Origin: Camelus dromedarius
Taxonomy: Eukaryota
Direction: 5' to 3'
NCBI RefSeq assembly: GCF_036321535.1
Contig: NC_087437.1
Span: 114,082,001 to 114,146,000 of the forward strand
DNA length: 64,000 nucleotides
The position numbers and the translations under genes were made by a program. Of the stretch, positions 38,838-53,215 are shown piece after piece. How positions within the stretch are numbered: the first letter of the stretch is position 1; each line of letters begins with the position of its first letter. The notes beneath the pieces were generated by a model that saw only the letters and a list, made by a program, of their open reading frames with translations, had not been told where the DNA came from and did not search any database.

Positions 38838-39194
38838 CACTATGTTTGGGCAGTACGTTTGTGTCCATCCAAATTCATATGTTGAAATCCTAACCCGCAA
38901 AGGTGATGGCATTAGAAGGTGGGGCAATTGGAAAATAGTCATGAGGGTGGAGCCCACATGAATGGGATTAGGGCCCATGTAAAAGAGACCTCAGATTGCT
39001 CCCTCACCCTTCCACCTTGTGAGGACAAAACAAGAAGACGGCTGTCTATGAAGCAGGTGAGGGGTCCCTCCCCCCACCATGCTGGCACTCTGAGCTGAGA
39101 CTTGCAGCCTCCAGACTGTGAGCACTTACTGTCTGCTGTTTACAAGCCACCGGGTCTGTGGTATTGCGTTATAGCAGCTGGATGGGCTGAAACA
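38838..39194 (+). mobile_element. MLT1A0-like MaLR solo LTR
   Basis: gtttgtgtccatccaaattcatatgttgaaatcctaaccc...catgagggtggagccc...gtctgtggtattgcgttatagcagc...aaca. Confidence 0.85.
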
Positions 39195-41644
39195 AGGAGG
39201 GAGATTAGTTTAACAAAAATGGCTAAAACGTTTCCTTAGAGATACAATAATAATCATTTTAAAAATTGTGAAACATTGGCTTGGACCAAAAGCTGGCTGA
39301 GGAAGGAAAGCTCGCCTTCTCTTTCATATTTCAGAAAAATGATATAATTTCATTGCATAGAATTTTGAAAAGCAAGGAAAAGGGACATTCCTCAGCCTGC
39401 CACTCCAGACCTGCTTTCTGCCGCCACTACTTTGTGCACGTTTTTACACTGCCATGGTCACCAAACACAATGCCTGCGTGCGTTTTTATACCCTAAGGTG
39501 TTTATTTCTCTTTCTCCTGTAAGCATTTTCATGTCACAACACAGCTTTGTTGTTCATGCATAAGAAGTCTCCAGCCAGTCAAGGAATGATTCCCAGTGTC
39601 CTGCATCTACCTGAGGTCAAGCAACCTCAAAGAACAGCACCGACGTCCTCAAAAGACAGCACAATTCTCAAATGTTTGTGTTTGCAGATCCTCTAAGAAG
39701 GTAAACAGGCAGCAGATGCGAAAGGTTAAGTCCTTCCTGGACGGTCTCTGACTGCTGGCCATCGCCAGACCCCGGAGGGCCCTGCAGAGCAGGGTCAGGC
39801 CTCAGCTGGGACCTGGACCCAGAAGTCTCCTCTCACTGATGCCGAACATAAGGGACCAGCTCTCTGTATCACATTGGACAATTTATAAACCCTCTGACCC
39901 TTCATTTTTCACATTTCTTGTTTTGTTCAACTGATTTTTGCCCACCCTTACCCCAAGTCCCCCTAACCTCCCTTATGTTAGCTCCATGTGAACCTCACCC
40001 CCATCTTTCTAAATAGATCACAGTTGGTTAGAATTATAGAATGATTGCTCTATCTTTCGCTAAGTCTGCTCAGAACTTTTTAAAACACCTCAATAGTCCC
40101 ATAAACAGCAGACACCAATTTCAGACAGATTGTTCAAGCCAGGAGGGACGGCTGGAGAGGGGCGTCTCGCCTCAATCCATTCATTCCTGTTTCAAGAGGT
40201 TGACCAGATATCACTTAACCAGCCTTCGTTTTCCTATTGTTCAGTATTTTCATCGTGTCCAGTCTTCCATGAGTTATCAGTAAGACTGCAAAGAGCACAG
40301 GTGGACGTACAGGATTTTGCTGTTTCCTCCTGTGAGATTCCTCGGTGTCCTATGACTTGAGGGGACTTGTTCTGTGCCTCATCACAGGCATTGCTGAATT
40401 GCTGGATAATATATTTGTCTTTGCATCTTTCCAAGTAACTTCTGCATCTCTTTGCCATGGTCGGGGACCAACATGCAGCGTTTTCAAAGGGCAGGAGCAC
40501 CTGCGGGTGTGTGGAGGGGAGATTTTACTACTGCTGATGTCGCCGTGTTTGTGTTGTGTCAGTTTGACGCTACAACATCTCATCACTGTTAGGAAGCAGG
40601 GAGTGTCGTCTGAAAGGCACTCTTTCCTTTGCTCGCTGCCTGGGATAGACAAGGAGGTGTTGGTCTCTGTTTGAGGCAGTCACAGGAGCTCTAAGATCAG
40701 AGGATTGCTTCTAGTTTCATAACCTTCCAAAGATCCAAGCCATTCTTGGTTTATCCTGAAAGTTTAGATCCTTTCTGGCCCTTCTGATGAGGGTTATCAG
40801 CCTGGGAACCTCTGGAGCTCCCCAAAGACCGTCCCAATTCCCAGCCAGCCCATGAATGCACACTGGGGTGGTCTCCAGGATAAACTGGTCCAGAATCCAG
40901 AATCCAGAATCTGCCACCAACCTGCCATCCCAGTGGTTACCCGGAAGCAGAGGCCAGAAACGTTGGTGCCATGGGGCACAGGACTCATCATAACAGCTGT
41001 GGAGTGATTGCATCTGGAATCTGTTCAGCTTATCATTTCTGTTAACAGAAAAGTTTACCAAACTACCTTCCTCTGCAGGGAATTACACTGAACACAATCC
41101 TAAAAGAGGTTTAAAAATATCTGCACTTTTATACCTTCTTAAAAATATGCCATAGATCCCAAATTGTACCCTCCTTCCTGCCTCCTGCCACGCATTTGCT
41201 TACTGGTTATAATAGCAAAGACTTCTGCTCTTCCCGGAGGTTAGTGACTGATGGGGAATACACGGCCCTCAGCTGCTCAACACGCCATCACTGTATTTCC
41301 AACCAGGCATTAATTCTGCGGAAGTGCCTGCGTCTCAGATGCTTAGGGTTTAAATAATGCACACACAGCACTCTTAACTAAGCCAAATGCACTTCTTTCC
41401 CATTCTTGACACCAGAGATGAAGGAGCGCAAATTCTACGCAATAGTCAAAGACTAAGGAATAAGATCACTTAAGCCTTTGGTTTACAGCAGCCCCACCGG
41501 AGAGTCGGGAACTAGCCACCCTGGAGAACAGTGCTAAGTTATGACCCTGTGGATGTCCACGGGAAGAAAGCACTACTTTCCTTTCCGGGTTACTTAATAT
41601 CATATTTTAAAAAATGCTGAAAATCGATTGTATTAAATGTTAAT

Positions 41645-41745
41645 TTTTTTAAATTGAGTATAGTCAGTTTATAATGTTGTTCAATTTCTGGTGTACAGCA
41701 TAGTGTTTCAGTCATACATAGACATACATATATTCGTTTTATTTC
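41645..41745 (-). mobile_element. Very short L1 3' end
   Basis: ttgagtatagtcagtttataatgttgttcaatttctggtgtacagcatagtgtttcagtcatacata. Confidence 0.85.
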
Positions 41746-42444
41746 ATTGTTAAATTTTGCAATGTTAGAAACCTTAAAAGTCTACAAGATTTTATCATAA
41801 CATCAGATTTAATTTTGTTTTCATAAGGATTTAGAAGGAAACTACAAAATACAAGTGACAGGAGAAGTGTAAACATTACAGAATTTCAAAGCAGGAATAG
41901 GAAGTTAGAACAGGAAGGGGTCTGAGGCAGGTGGTTCCATCTCCACCTGTACAGGTGAGCATCAGAGATGGCCTGTGAGGTCACATAGTGGTCAAGGTAA
42001 ATCTCAGAGTTGTTTCCCAGGCCCCAGGCTTCCAGGAGCCCTCCTCAGACCCAATCCCTTCCTGAGGGGCATTTTTACACACTCTTCCCTCACTTTCGGA
42101 TATAATCATGGCATTTCAGGCCATCCGACTTCAGGCTTCCCTGTCCATCTCTTTCCATCCAAGCTACACACGCCCACCTCTGCCTTTCTCCATCCCCTCC
42201 TTCCCTTCTTCCCTCAGGTACGTCCAGGTGTGACCCATCCCTTGTCCTGCGCATCTCATTCTTCCTGTGTGATGTTTTCAGTCCTTTATCTTCTCTTTAA
42301 CTGACATTTCTCTCATTCTCTGCTTGACCTAATTCTACCCTTCATCTCAGTAAAGGCCACCTTTTCCCACTTTCACTCTCCTGCCTTTCATTTCTCTTGA
42401 GTCCCTTTCTCTCGAATTTTCCCCATTTTCACACTGGAAAGTCA

Positions 42445-42655
42445 GGGCTGTGTAATGGCTGTAGATACCAGCCCTGATTCTAACATTTAAGAGCAGCATG
42501 GCCTTGAGTAAATTATTCGCCTCTCTGTGCCTCAGTTTCTTCATCTGTAGAATGGAATTAAGAATAGTACTCACCTCATTCAACTGTGGTGAGGACTACG
42601 TGGTGGAATCCACATGAAGGGCTCAGCACAGCTCCTAGTAAACAGAAATCACTGA
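42445..42655 (+). mobile_element. MIR SINE
   Basis: Core cctctctgtgcctcagtttcttcatctgtagaatgg...aatagtactcacctcat...gtgagga. Confidence 0.8.
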
Positions 42656-43209
42656 GGTGGTGCAGACGCCATTCCTCCCTCCGCAGCATACATCCTGCCC
42701 CTCTGCTATTATTTTTTCCCTTTCTCCTACTTCTAGGCTCCAGAACATTCTCATCCGTGTTATCCATTTATCCTGGCCCTGATTACAAATCCTTTTCCTG
42801 AACCTTGCCTTACCATTAAAATGTGCCTGACCTGAGACTTACTCCGGGGAAAACTACAGTACAGTCAGCTTAATACGAAGAGAACGCTTTGACCTCCATC
42901 ATCGTCAGATATTAGAATCACTTAATGTTAGACTCTCTGTTATACCCACACCTGAGCCACGTGAGCCACATGGGGAGGGAGGGGTGGGACAGGGGCCGGC
43001 CCTTCCAGGCACCTCACAAGTCACGCCTCTTTGCCGGTGAAGGTCCTCCACCTGTGAGCCAGTTTCTAGGATAACGTTGGTGTGTTTGCCTTGCCTCCCT
43101 GAAATGATCTGAAGTTTAAGGGCAGGGATAGTGGTTAAACCAAACGTTTTTCCCTCCTTGCAGATGATGTGAAAAATCGCCACCACCACCACCTTCGTCG
43201 TAGACTCAG

Positions 43210-43571
43210 TGTCTTGGTCTGTTCCAGTTGCTACACAAAAATACCATAGACTGGGTGTTAGACAACACACATTTACGTCTCAGTTCTGAGGGCTGGGCAG
43301 TCTGAGATCAAGATCCTGGCAAATTTAGTATCCGGTGAGGGCCCTCCTCCTGGCTCACAGACAGTGGTCTTCTCCCTGTGTCCTCACACAGTTTAGAAGG
43401 GGTGAGGGGCTCTCTGAAGTCTCTTGTGTGGGGGCAGTAACTCCACTCCCCAGGCCCCTGCCCTCATGACCTAATCACCTTCCCAAATGCCCCTTTTCCA
43501 AATAGCGTCAAGCTGGGGAGTAGGTTTCCGTATATGAATCGAAGGGACACACGAACATTCAGTCTCTGGCA
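43210..43571 (-). mobile_element. MLT1A0-like MaLR solo LTR
   Basis: tgtcttggtctgttccagttgcta...aaaataccatagactgggtg...ccctcatgacctaatcaccttccca...acattcagtctctggca. Confidence 0.85.
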
Positions 43572-44519
43572 TTCAGTGGCGGCAAGTGCTCTTAAAAGCT
43601 AGATGATTCCCATGGAAATCTTGCAAAAACCACCCTGAAACACAGTGAGTTTTCTGTGCGAAACACAGAGGAAAGTAGTCTGGACTCCACTGAGTCCCAG
43701 CAAGGCCTAGACTGTCGAGTTGGTCTTGCCCATCTCTGGGTTTATGACACCATGAAGTAGGAAGCTCCAAAACCACATGATGACAAGTAGCAAGTCCAGG
43801 CCTTATTCGTAGTGACATTAACATTATTCAGCCTTCCATCTGGGTCTTTAACCTGTGAAAGCGCATTAACACCAACCAACTGCCGCTCACAGCCCACGTA
43901 TGGTGGCTTCCATCGACCGGCTGTGGGTGTTCCATCCATGTGAAATATTGGCCTGTCGACAGGCAAGATTACTGAGCTTACTTGACTCAGAAGGTCAGTT
44001 AGATCCTCCTACTGGATTCTAAAATGACAGTGTGGCTGTGTATAAGCTCCCAGAAGGAGCTGATCCCACACACAGCATGGTGACTGAGGGTGTGGAGGGA
44101 AGTCTGCATCACCTGCGTCTAATTTAGACACCTCATACGTTGTAGCAGCTCCACTTTTTAAACTAGGGTTTTCCAGCAATTCATGGCAGGAAAAGAATAA
44201 GCAACTCATTAAACAAAAACATGATCCCAGAAATTTCACCAAACTCGACCTAAGCCATTTTGCCCAGCAAATGAGACACACATGCCAAGCACCTGATATA
44301 CAGTCAGCGCCCAATGGCTGATGTTCGCATCACTTCTCTTCCTCGTCTCTCCACAGGGAAAATTCTCCTGGTGTGTGACAGCATTTCCCAGAGCAGATTC
44401 TCACCGCATGTACCTTTAGCTGTGTGCCTGTTTGATTTTTTTTACATCATGTTATTGCCATGATATTTACAAAGGCAGCACCATGGACCAACAACGTTCT
44501 AACCTAGAAGTGCAAGGTT

Positions 44520-45018
44520 TGTTGCTGAACCCAAGTTCATGTGCCCAACGCCAAACGAACCCAACTGTCAGAGTTTATTGCAAGGGCCGAGCAAGGAGTA
44601 TGGGCAGCTTGTGCTCAAAAGACCCAAACTCCCCCACCGTTTTCAGGGAAGAGGTTTTAAAGGCAAATTTTAGGGGGAGAGTCGCAGGAGGCATGACTTG
44701 CTTCTGGTTGGCTGGTGGTGAGCGCTCCGCTGAAGTTCCCGTTCCCACCTGGGTGGGGGGCCTTATTCCCGCAGAAGAACTCAGAGGTGTGTATCAGATT
44801 GTTGTGTATAGCCACTGGGGGAGGAATTCGGACTCTGCTTTACTGCTGCTCTGTTGTTTCTTGACTGCTTTCCCTCTGTTTCTGTCTTCCTTCACTTCCC
44901 TAGTTAATAACCATTTGAATCTGTTACTTTGGAACTCAGGGAAGGCCTACAAACAAGAGCCAGGGGACACAGAAAGGCTTTTGTACCTGGGAGGGCACGA
45001 GGTCCTGCTCAATTTCAG
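44520..45018 (-). mobile_element. ERV1-class solo LTR
   Basis: TG...CA termini (tgttgctgaacc ... gctcaatttca); gtttattgcaaggg..agcaaggagtatgggcagcttgtgctcaaaagaccc is an LTR pattern with the polyA signal on the minus strand. Confidence 0.7.
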
Positions 45019-47319
45019 TTCCAATTGAAAGCTGCTCATTCTACACTTACTACGCACCGAACTCTGTGATAGGCCCATGTAAAGAATTACTCACTTAAAC
45101 TGGTTTATGGTTTTTAATCATAAAAGAAAAAGAGAAATGCAGACTAAACCTTTGCCTGAGACTAAACCAGAGTGGGGTCTCAAACTGCACCGATGTTGCG
45201 GCACCTCTTAGAAGGAGAGCCACACGGCGATGGGGAATGCAGGGCGACCGAAGCCCCACGCGCTTTCCAGAATCTCTCGTCATCAGAGCTGCAGGGTTGG
45301 GGGGCGGGCGGTGGGGTGCAATACACCCAGGAAGCTCATGTTTGACTCAGACACAGGCCCCAGTGCAGTGCCACTCAGGAGCATTAACTCGTCTGAAGGC
45401 CCCCCAATTACATGAAATTATCATCCCCATTAAATTCCCGCCACTGCCATTAAATATCATTAGGGCTAAATCGGTTCTCTGATCACATCCTGAAGGAGTG
45501 GATTTCCCGAATAAGCACCTCCCAATTAAGAGAGGAGTCCTGTATCACAAAGCCTGGAGGGTATTCCCTCAATAGTCACTTAATTACTATATCTGCCAAG
45601 CTTCCACGGGGCTGAGCGCAAACTGTTTGCAAAGCAATGGAACATTTGCAAAGCAATGGAACAAATTCAGCAGACAGGTGGCGGGGTGGGGTGAGGGGGC
45701 ACTCACAGTTAGGGGTCTGGGTAATGAACTCCTCAGCAAACAACCTGGGCTCGCAGGGCTGTTCTCTTTGTTCTAAGGCCTCTTTGCAGAATCTGCTCTC
45801 GGACACGGGTAACTGTCAGTCCGGAGGCATCTTTCATATGCCACTTTCTGAATCAGGGCAAAGTATAAACTCAGCTCCTATGTTGCCTAGCAGTCTCGAC
45901 ACCTGACGCGTGTCCTGTGTTGCTTTCTCCGGGCAAGGCACTCCGGGCAGGCTACCTATTACTAATTTCTGCACAGAGGCGTAGTTTTTTTTCCCCCTTC
46001 TCTGCATAGTACTTAGCACAGTGTACTTAGCACATAAGGAAGCACTCAATAGTTTTCAAGAGTGATTACATTATGAAGTTGAATTTGAGATTCTAAACCT
46101 GCAGAGTTAAGAAATGTAACAGCTAAGTCCCTTTCTGGAGGGGCGCTACCCCAAGATGATCCTTGGAAGGCCGCAAAGTAAAAGGAACTGTGGCAAGCCC
46201 ACAGAAGTCGGCTGTGAAACAGCTCATTATAATACAGACTTGGATTTACACGAGTCTAAGAATGTCTAGTAAAAGCCTGACATAATACAACTCGTTTCAA
46301 ACTCCTGGCTTTCCCACAGGCACATCAAATTCAGGTTTCTATACTAGGTCGCATTATTTTTCCTTTCAAGCTGACATGTCCTCTTTATTTCCGATCTCTG
46401 TTGATTGAATCACCGTCTCCCCAGAGTTCCGATGCCAGAAACCTTAATCCCTAACATTTCTTCACCCCACCCGCCCTTCTCTGGTTCCCCCTACCTCCTC
46501 ACATCCCCCGTCTCTCCCCACGCCTGGACGTGTTGACCAACACTTGCTTTCAATACCACTTCAGGAACTACCCTCAAGTCCATCCCATCTTTTCCATTTT
46601 CACCAGTTTCAGTTTAGAACAAAATTATCTTTCACCCAGATGACTCCCGACAGCCCTGCTTGCCTCCATCTTTCCCTTAACAAAACTCATCCTCCCCACT
46701 TCAGCCAGAAAAACCTTCCTCAGTTAAACACAAACAAAGCTAAATCAGCCTGATCACATCACTCTCTTGAGCTAAAGTCAGTCAATCCATCCATCCAGCG
46801 CTGCAAGAAAAATTCCACGCTCCTCAAGCCATCATCAGAGCTCTTTACAATCCTACCCGGACCAGCTCTGAGGTGCCTCTCCTCCTGCCAATGGCAGGGC
46901 AGCCCATCCTCCCCACAGAGGTGCCCCAATCCTGCTTGGGGAGGCCAGTCTCCCCATCACCTGCGCCATAAAAGGATGCTCTTCTCACATTTTCTTTTAA
47001 TTCCAGCAGGAAACCTTTCCCAGGGCTATGTTTGTAACATGACGTTCCACTTCCCTTATTTACACATATTTTTAGTGGGATTTTTGTTGCTTTGTGTGGC
47101 TTTTTTTCCTGATGGCTCACTCCTAAGCAATTGAGAACTGTCCAGACCTGACCTTTGATGGCAGACAGGGTGTGCGTGTTACTCTTGGCCCCGCTTCCTG
47201 CTCACTTGCCCACTTGGGTACTGGACAAATTCCCTTCTTGGATGTGCAGCCAGAGCCCAGGACTGGCGCACCCAGCTCCCAACCTGACACCCTGTCCCTC
47301 TGGTTTTCCTGTCCTCTCT

Positions 47320-48830
47320 TTATTTAAGTCACATGTATTGAGGTGTAATTTATATATTGTTACATATATTATAAATGCAAAGTTTGATGAGTTTTGACAA
47401 ATGTCTATCCTCACAAAATCCATAACGTTATCAAAACATAGAACAGTTCCGCAGTCCTGGAAACTTCCCTTGTGTTTCTTTACATTCAACCCTTCCCATC
47501 CCCCACCCTGGCAACCACTCATCCACCTTCTATTAGAGTTTTGCCTCTTCTAGAACCTTCTAGAACATCATATGAATGATTCAGACATAATATAGTCTTC
47601 CATACCTGACTTCCTTCACTCAGCATGTTTTTGAAATTCATCTATGTGATTACATAGACTAGCATTTCTATGTAGGGACTGGGTATCCATTTAAACAATG
47701 ACTATCTGTTGATAGACCTTGGTAGACATTGGGATGCTTCCAGTTTTCAGGGGACTAGGAAATGTGTACTGTCTAAAAAGAGACAAACAGAGCACGGGTA
47801 TGTGATATTGGAATTCAAATGGAAAGGTACAGAACTTCTACTTGATTTCTGGATTTTATTTTGCATCTCTGTCTCGAAAAATCTAGTCTCCTAATGTCAT
47901 TATCAACATTATTTCCTTATCCCTAAAATGGATCTACATGTGTATATATACAATTGTTTTAAAATTGCAATACAATACTAATATTATTATTAAAAATAAA
48001 ATGGCAGAATGCAGTTAACTTTTTTTAACACTCCCTTTTTAGGGTATATCCTACATGTAACGTGTGTATGGTTAAATTTCTACGCTGTCATATAAAATAA
48101 ATTTTTTCTCTGTGATTTTTTTCATTCAGTTGACATGGAGTTGAGATCATCTATGTCTCTAAATTGTTTTAATTCTGTTTTATTTTACTGTGCAATATTT
48201 ACTTGTATAAAACATTACTTGGATCCAAAGTCAGATCCATATAGCAAGACTTATTCAGAAAGTTCTAGTGTCCATCTTCATCCTTACTTTTCCCCCTGTA
48301 TCACTCTATTGGTTCTTTAAAAATATATATAAGCACATGTGAACCTCAATTGGTACTTCTCTCTCTTATACAAAATACTAACTGCATTCTCCTTCATCTT
48401 AACACTACGTCCAGAGATGGTATGCCTTTCTCATTTTTTTTAATAACTGCTTCACTGTGTGGATATACTATGATTTATTCAACCAATCAGCCCACTGGCG
48501 GACATCTGGGTTGGTTCCAGATTTGCAAGTAGAAACCACGCTTCAATAAAGAATCTAGAGTGAAGATTTTTTCTGATCTTGCCAGGATCTTTGAGATTGT
48601 CTTCCTGATATGGTATTGCTGGCTCCAAGTGTAAATCCAGAAGTCCTTTTTCTAGATATTGTCAAAGTTCCCTCTGTAAGTGTTGGGTTGTGTTGTCTTC
48701 CCACAGCGGTGTAGAAAGTGGCCCTTTCCCCGACGGCCTCACCAGCCGAGGATGTTGTGAAACTTTGTGATGTTTACTGATCCCATTGTTGAGAAATGCT
48801 ATCTCAGTGTAGTTTAAATTTGCATTTCAG
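47320..48830 (-). mobile_element. Cluster of degraded old L1 3' fragments (L1MC/L1ME-like)
   Basis: gatgagttttgacaaatg, ccctggcaaccact, agttttgcctcttctagaa, ttccttcactcagcatg, ggacatctgggttggttccag, gtagtttaaatttgcatttc. Confidence 0.6.
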
Positions 48831-50835
48831 ACAGTTGCCCTTTGAATTTGGAACTGAATCTTTTTTTTTCCCATTTATCTCTCTATCCACATCCGCAGAT
48901 AGTTTCTCACTACCTGGAGGCCACCATCTCCCCGTGATGGTAGTAACTCCAGCCCTCCTCCAGAATTCACTTCCTCGGTCAGCACTGCACCCTGGGTGAA
49001 ACTTCACCACGAGACTCAAGTCCTCTCTCCCCACCACAGTAAAATCAGGCTGGCCTCAAAACCAGTTATCCTAGAGGCACCATATCCTGGGGTGGAAGCA
49101 ATTTAAAGGGCATCAGATACAGCTCTTTGACACTCTTCCCAGAAATGTGTTTTTTTTAATACTGAATACATGTCATTGCTTTCACACTGTATCTTTGATG
49201 CTCCCTTCCTTGCTCCAAAGATGCCACTGCAATGGACTCAGCTATTATGAAAGTCAGTTATTGCCATATTCAAGGATCCCAGTCCTCAGGCCAGGCCCTG
49301 AAAGCTCTGAGGGACGTAAGCTGGGGCTCATCTCCGTCAGCTCTGCCTGCAAGAACAGCTCCTAGTCACGTTTTCCTTTCAGTCGTAGACTTAGATGTGG
49401 AGGGAGGAAAAAAAAGAAGATTAAAAATAAGCCATGGTCAAATTCAGCTGCAACTTCCCGTCATGGTGGCAGAATGAGAGAGTCAATATGAAAGAGAATT
49501 CTACCAAAGCATCTCTGTGAAGTAGAAGTCGACCCCTCCTGGTTTCTCCTGCCATCTCTTTCTGGGAAACTCTGTCCACGTGGCCTGGATCTCCTCAGGA
49601 GGAGGACCGAGTCCTGGAAACCCCGTGGAGCTCTCCAGGCACTGACAGGAATTGACCAGATCTCCAAGGACCTACCCCGAATCCCTCCGCCAGGCCAGCG
49701 CTTTTGTTCACCGCTCTGTCTCGCACTGTCCTCTCGAGAGGGTTAGGCTCTGGAGCCAAAACCCTCACCCTTTCCACAAACAGGCTTTGTAATATTTTAG
49801 TGTAATTGCACCAAGCATGTTGGGAAATGAAAACAGCAGCCCACACCCAGTGGTCTACTTAAAATGTCAGCAAGACAGGCAAAAATTCACTCCCAGGGTG
49901 GCAAAGGGCCATTCCCATTCTCAGAGGCCAGGCTCAGACATCTTCTAAGAACTGAACAGAAACACCCACAGAGGGCAGCAGGACTGGTGTGGATCATTCC
50001 ATCCAAAGGGACACAGCGGCTTCAGAGCTGGAAGGTCTAACCTCATGGGTGCCTTGGTTGGGAGGGGCAAAAAAAAAAAAAAAAAAAAACCCCACAGAGG
50101 AGGGAAATGGAAAGGGGGTCTGCATTTAGACCCAGATTACTATGCAGAGAAGCACAGCCAGAAAAACTCAGAATCAGACAGCGGGTTGGCAGCAAGTGAC
50201 TTTTTTCCCCATTAAGTAGTCTGTGGGCAGAGGCAGATCTCCAAATACTTTGTGGCAGTGCCACTGAGCAAAGAACGGTTAGCACCTCGATTGGTTGATA
50301 CCGACAGTGACATTCTCCACCCTCCTTCCATGGAGGAATACTTGCACTGAAATGATTTGGGGGTAGATGAGCTGAGGCCATTTTTGGGAGAATCATTGCA
50401 TAGGATAGATTTAAACTGAAAAGTATCCACAGGCGTGGTAACACTGAGCAGTAGGTTTTCATTTGAGGTTTGGCACAAGCCAGCAGAACATTTATGACCT
50501 CACGCAGCCATCACCAAACCCCAAAGGCTGCTATCAGTACCAACTATTTGCCTTGACTAGGACATTCCGATAGTATCTTCTCATAGTGGTTAAGTGGTAC
50601 CCTCTGTGGTCAGCTCTATTTGGTGTTGCAAGTTATACGAGATAAGTACCAGAGGTGCTGGTTAAAATTCCAGCCACCTGGGTTGATGAGAAGCGTGCCC
50701 AAGAGTCACATGGTTGTTAGCAGGTACAGTTAAGATTCAAGTCACATAGGAATGAGTGTAATGACCTCAAACCTTTACAGATAAGAATAGGGGCTTAATG
50801 TGTGGCGACACTAAGGAAGTGAGACTGTTGTACAG

Positions 50836-51009
50836 GAGTGCCTTTCAAACCTTAACAGGCATGCAAATCACCAGGGATCTTGTCAAAATGCAAATTCTAA
50901 TGCAGCAGGTCTGGAGCAGAACCTGAGGCTGCATTTCTATCAAGCTCCCAGGGCTTGCAGATGTGTAAGGACAGAGCTGGTCCACTGGGACATCCTTTGA
51001 GTAGCAAGA
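50836..51009. mobile_element. MER5A hAT-Charlie element
   Basis: aatcaccagggatcttgtcaaaatgcaaattctaat...aggtctgg...ctgcatttctatcaagctcccagg...ctttgagtagcaag. Confidence 0.8.
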
Positions 51010-52779
51010 CTGTTAAAATATATAAAATGTAGAACTCAAGGATGCTAATAATTGTTCTCCCTTCAAAGTGATCATAGAAACAGGTATTCTAAAATGGTAG
51101 CCATTGCTCAAAATAGTTTTTAAAATTCCTCTGTTAAAGTCACTTTAGAGACAATTTTGTAATGTAATGTAATCAGCTCTATTTTTTTTAAAGTTAACCC
51201 TTGCTTTTAACTCAGGACAACAGTGATTCATTGGTTCATTCAACTTATCTGTCAGTCTTGGCACCAAAAATCCATGAATTCAAAACATGGAGCCCTGAGT
51301 CCACAGGCAAGTAAAACAGATTTCAAAGCTGTGTGGAGCCATGGGAGTGGTTTTGAAAGGTACTATAATTATTTGAAAACTAAAGTCATATTTGTCGGTT
51401 AAAAATTAGCTAGAATCATTAGTTCTTTTACATAAAACAATAACAATAAAAATAATATAGTTAGTATTTAGATGTATTCTTAAAATTCATTTAGTCACCA
51501 GCTGTAAATGTGCTGTAACAGTGTATTCCCACAGCAAGAGTCCCCACCATCCCAGGCAGCATCTGGGAAGTTGGGGTGTAAGGTCCATGTAAAACCAATG
51601 AAATACTGAAATGATTGTATTTTATATTGGGTGATATTTTATGTCTGTTTATATGTTATAAATACATAAAAGACATTTATGCAAAATTTACTACATCTAG
51701 CACAGTCCTATGAGCTATTTTACATGCATGAACACATGCAATCTTCACAAGAACTCTGAGAAAGTTATCTCCATGCTGCAGTTGGGGGAACGGAAGTAGA
51801 GGGGGATAGAGCAAGATGGATGCTTCCGTGCAGCTAGTGAGAAATCAAAACCCATGCTCTCAGTCACTCTCCCATCCTGCACCTGATGCTCTTGTCACCG
51901 TGAGTTGGTTTGCTTGACCCAGAGGAGCGGAAGCCACTGCCCACCATGACTTCCATAAAACATCGTATCTCCAACATCCAGTTCCCTCCTTTGCCCCTGT
52001 CTGAGCATGGCGATCACGCCACAGCCGTGAGTTGGGGTTGCCCTTGGCAAGCTGAAGTCCAGAAGGGAGCACTGCGTTATCCTACAAGAGAGACTCCAGG
52101 ACATTTGTGTCAACATCATTTGAAAAGCCCTGGTTACAAGTACCATGTCATGTAACATTTTTATTGCGTGTTATGAAAGAGTTGTATCACATAGAAGTTT
52201 AAAAATATGTATGAAACCTCTGCATTGAAAAAGGCTAAAGATGATTTGGACCAGTTACAGAGAAATAAGGTTCAACAGGGTTAAGTTGTTAAGTGACATG
52301 ATCCATTCTGGAACTTCTAAGATTAGCCAGGCGCTCTGGCCGTGGGTGGAGAGAGATTTCAGATAGGTGTGTTAAAACAGATGCTCATCTTGGCCCCCGG
52401 AGTATGGCTGCTGGCAGTTTCTGGTGTTTGTGGGTACATATTTTGTTCTGTGAAAGGGACAGATGAGTTTAGTATTGTCAGGGACTTCTTTTGGAAGCAA
52501 AGAGGATGTTTGATGCATATGGACTGATTTATAATGAATGCATTCCTAATATTCAAGGGGGACACTTCATGGTAAGGGGCCTCTGTCAATCAAAAAAGCT
52601 ATAATAGCAGCAAATCCTTGGATGGTACATGCTGTTTGTGCATATTAACTATGTTAACACTTCTACTGACCCTAGGAGCATTGCAATGAATGCGATGACA
52701 ACCAGAAAGAAGTAATCCATTTTTATACAGCAGCCCTTGGTTTGGGTAAAGCAGATAATAAACATCTATTTCACTGACT

Positions 52780-53215
52780 TTTTTTAAAGACCGTTTTTAG
52801 AGTAGTTTTAGGTTTACAACAAATTGAGAGGCAGGTACAGAGATTTCCCATGTACTCATTTGGAAAAATGTGGGGGGAGGGAGCAGGAACCCCCACATGC
52901 AGAGCCTCTCTCATTCTCAATATCATCACTAACATGGTACATTTTTAACCAAGGATGAACCTATATGGATATAATCATTTAAAGTTCATAGCTTACCTTA
53001 GGGCTCACTCTCAGTGTTGAACATTCTGTGGATTTGAATGAATGATATCTAACATATATGTATCATTATACTGTCACCCAAAGTAATGTCACTGTGCTGA
53101 AAGTCCTCCCTATTCTGCCTCTTCATCTCTCCTCCCCCCTCTTGCAACCACTTTTATTTTTATTGTCTCCATAGTTTTGCCTTCTCCAGAATGTCATATA
53201 ATTGGAATCACACCA
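52780..53215 (-). mobile_element. Old L1 3' end (L1MC-like)
   Basis: tttttagagtagttttaggtttacaacaaattgagaggcaggtacagagatttcccat...gtctccatagttttgccttctccagaatgtcatataattggaatca. Confidence 0.8.

Noticed and set aside
40234..40500. Minus-strand ORF behind an acceptor-like cacccgcag (possible terminal exon)
   Set aside because: No recognisable homology and no supportable upstream exons; may overlap an old LTR.
44432..45028. Longest ORF in the window (198 aa)
   Set aside because: It runs antisense through an ERV1-type LTR, has a non-ATG start and no recognisable domain.
51946..52026. ccaccATG...GCC|GTGAGT candidate first coding exon (MTSIKHRISNIQFPPLPLSEHGDHATA)
   Set aside because: Good Kozak and donor, but no promoter signature, no downstream exon identified and no peptide recognised; compatible with chance.
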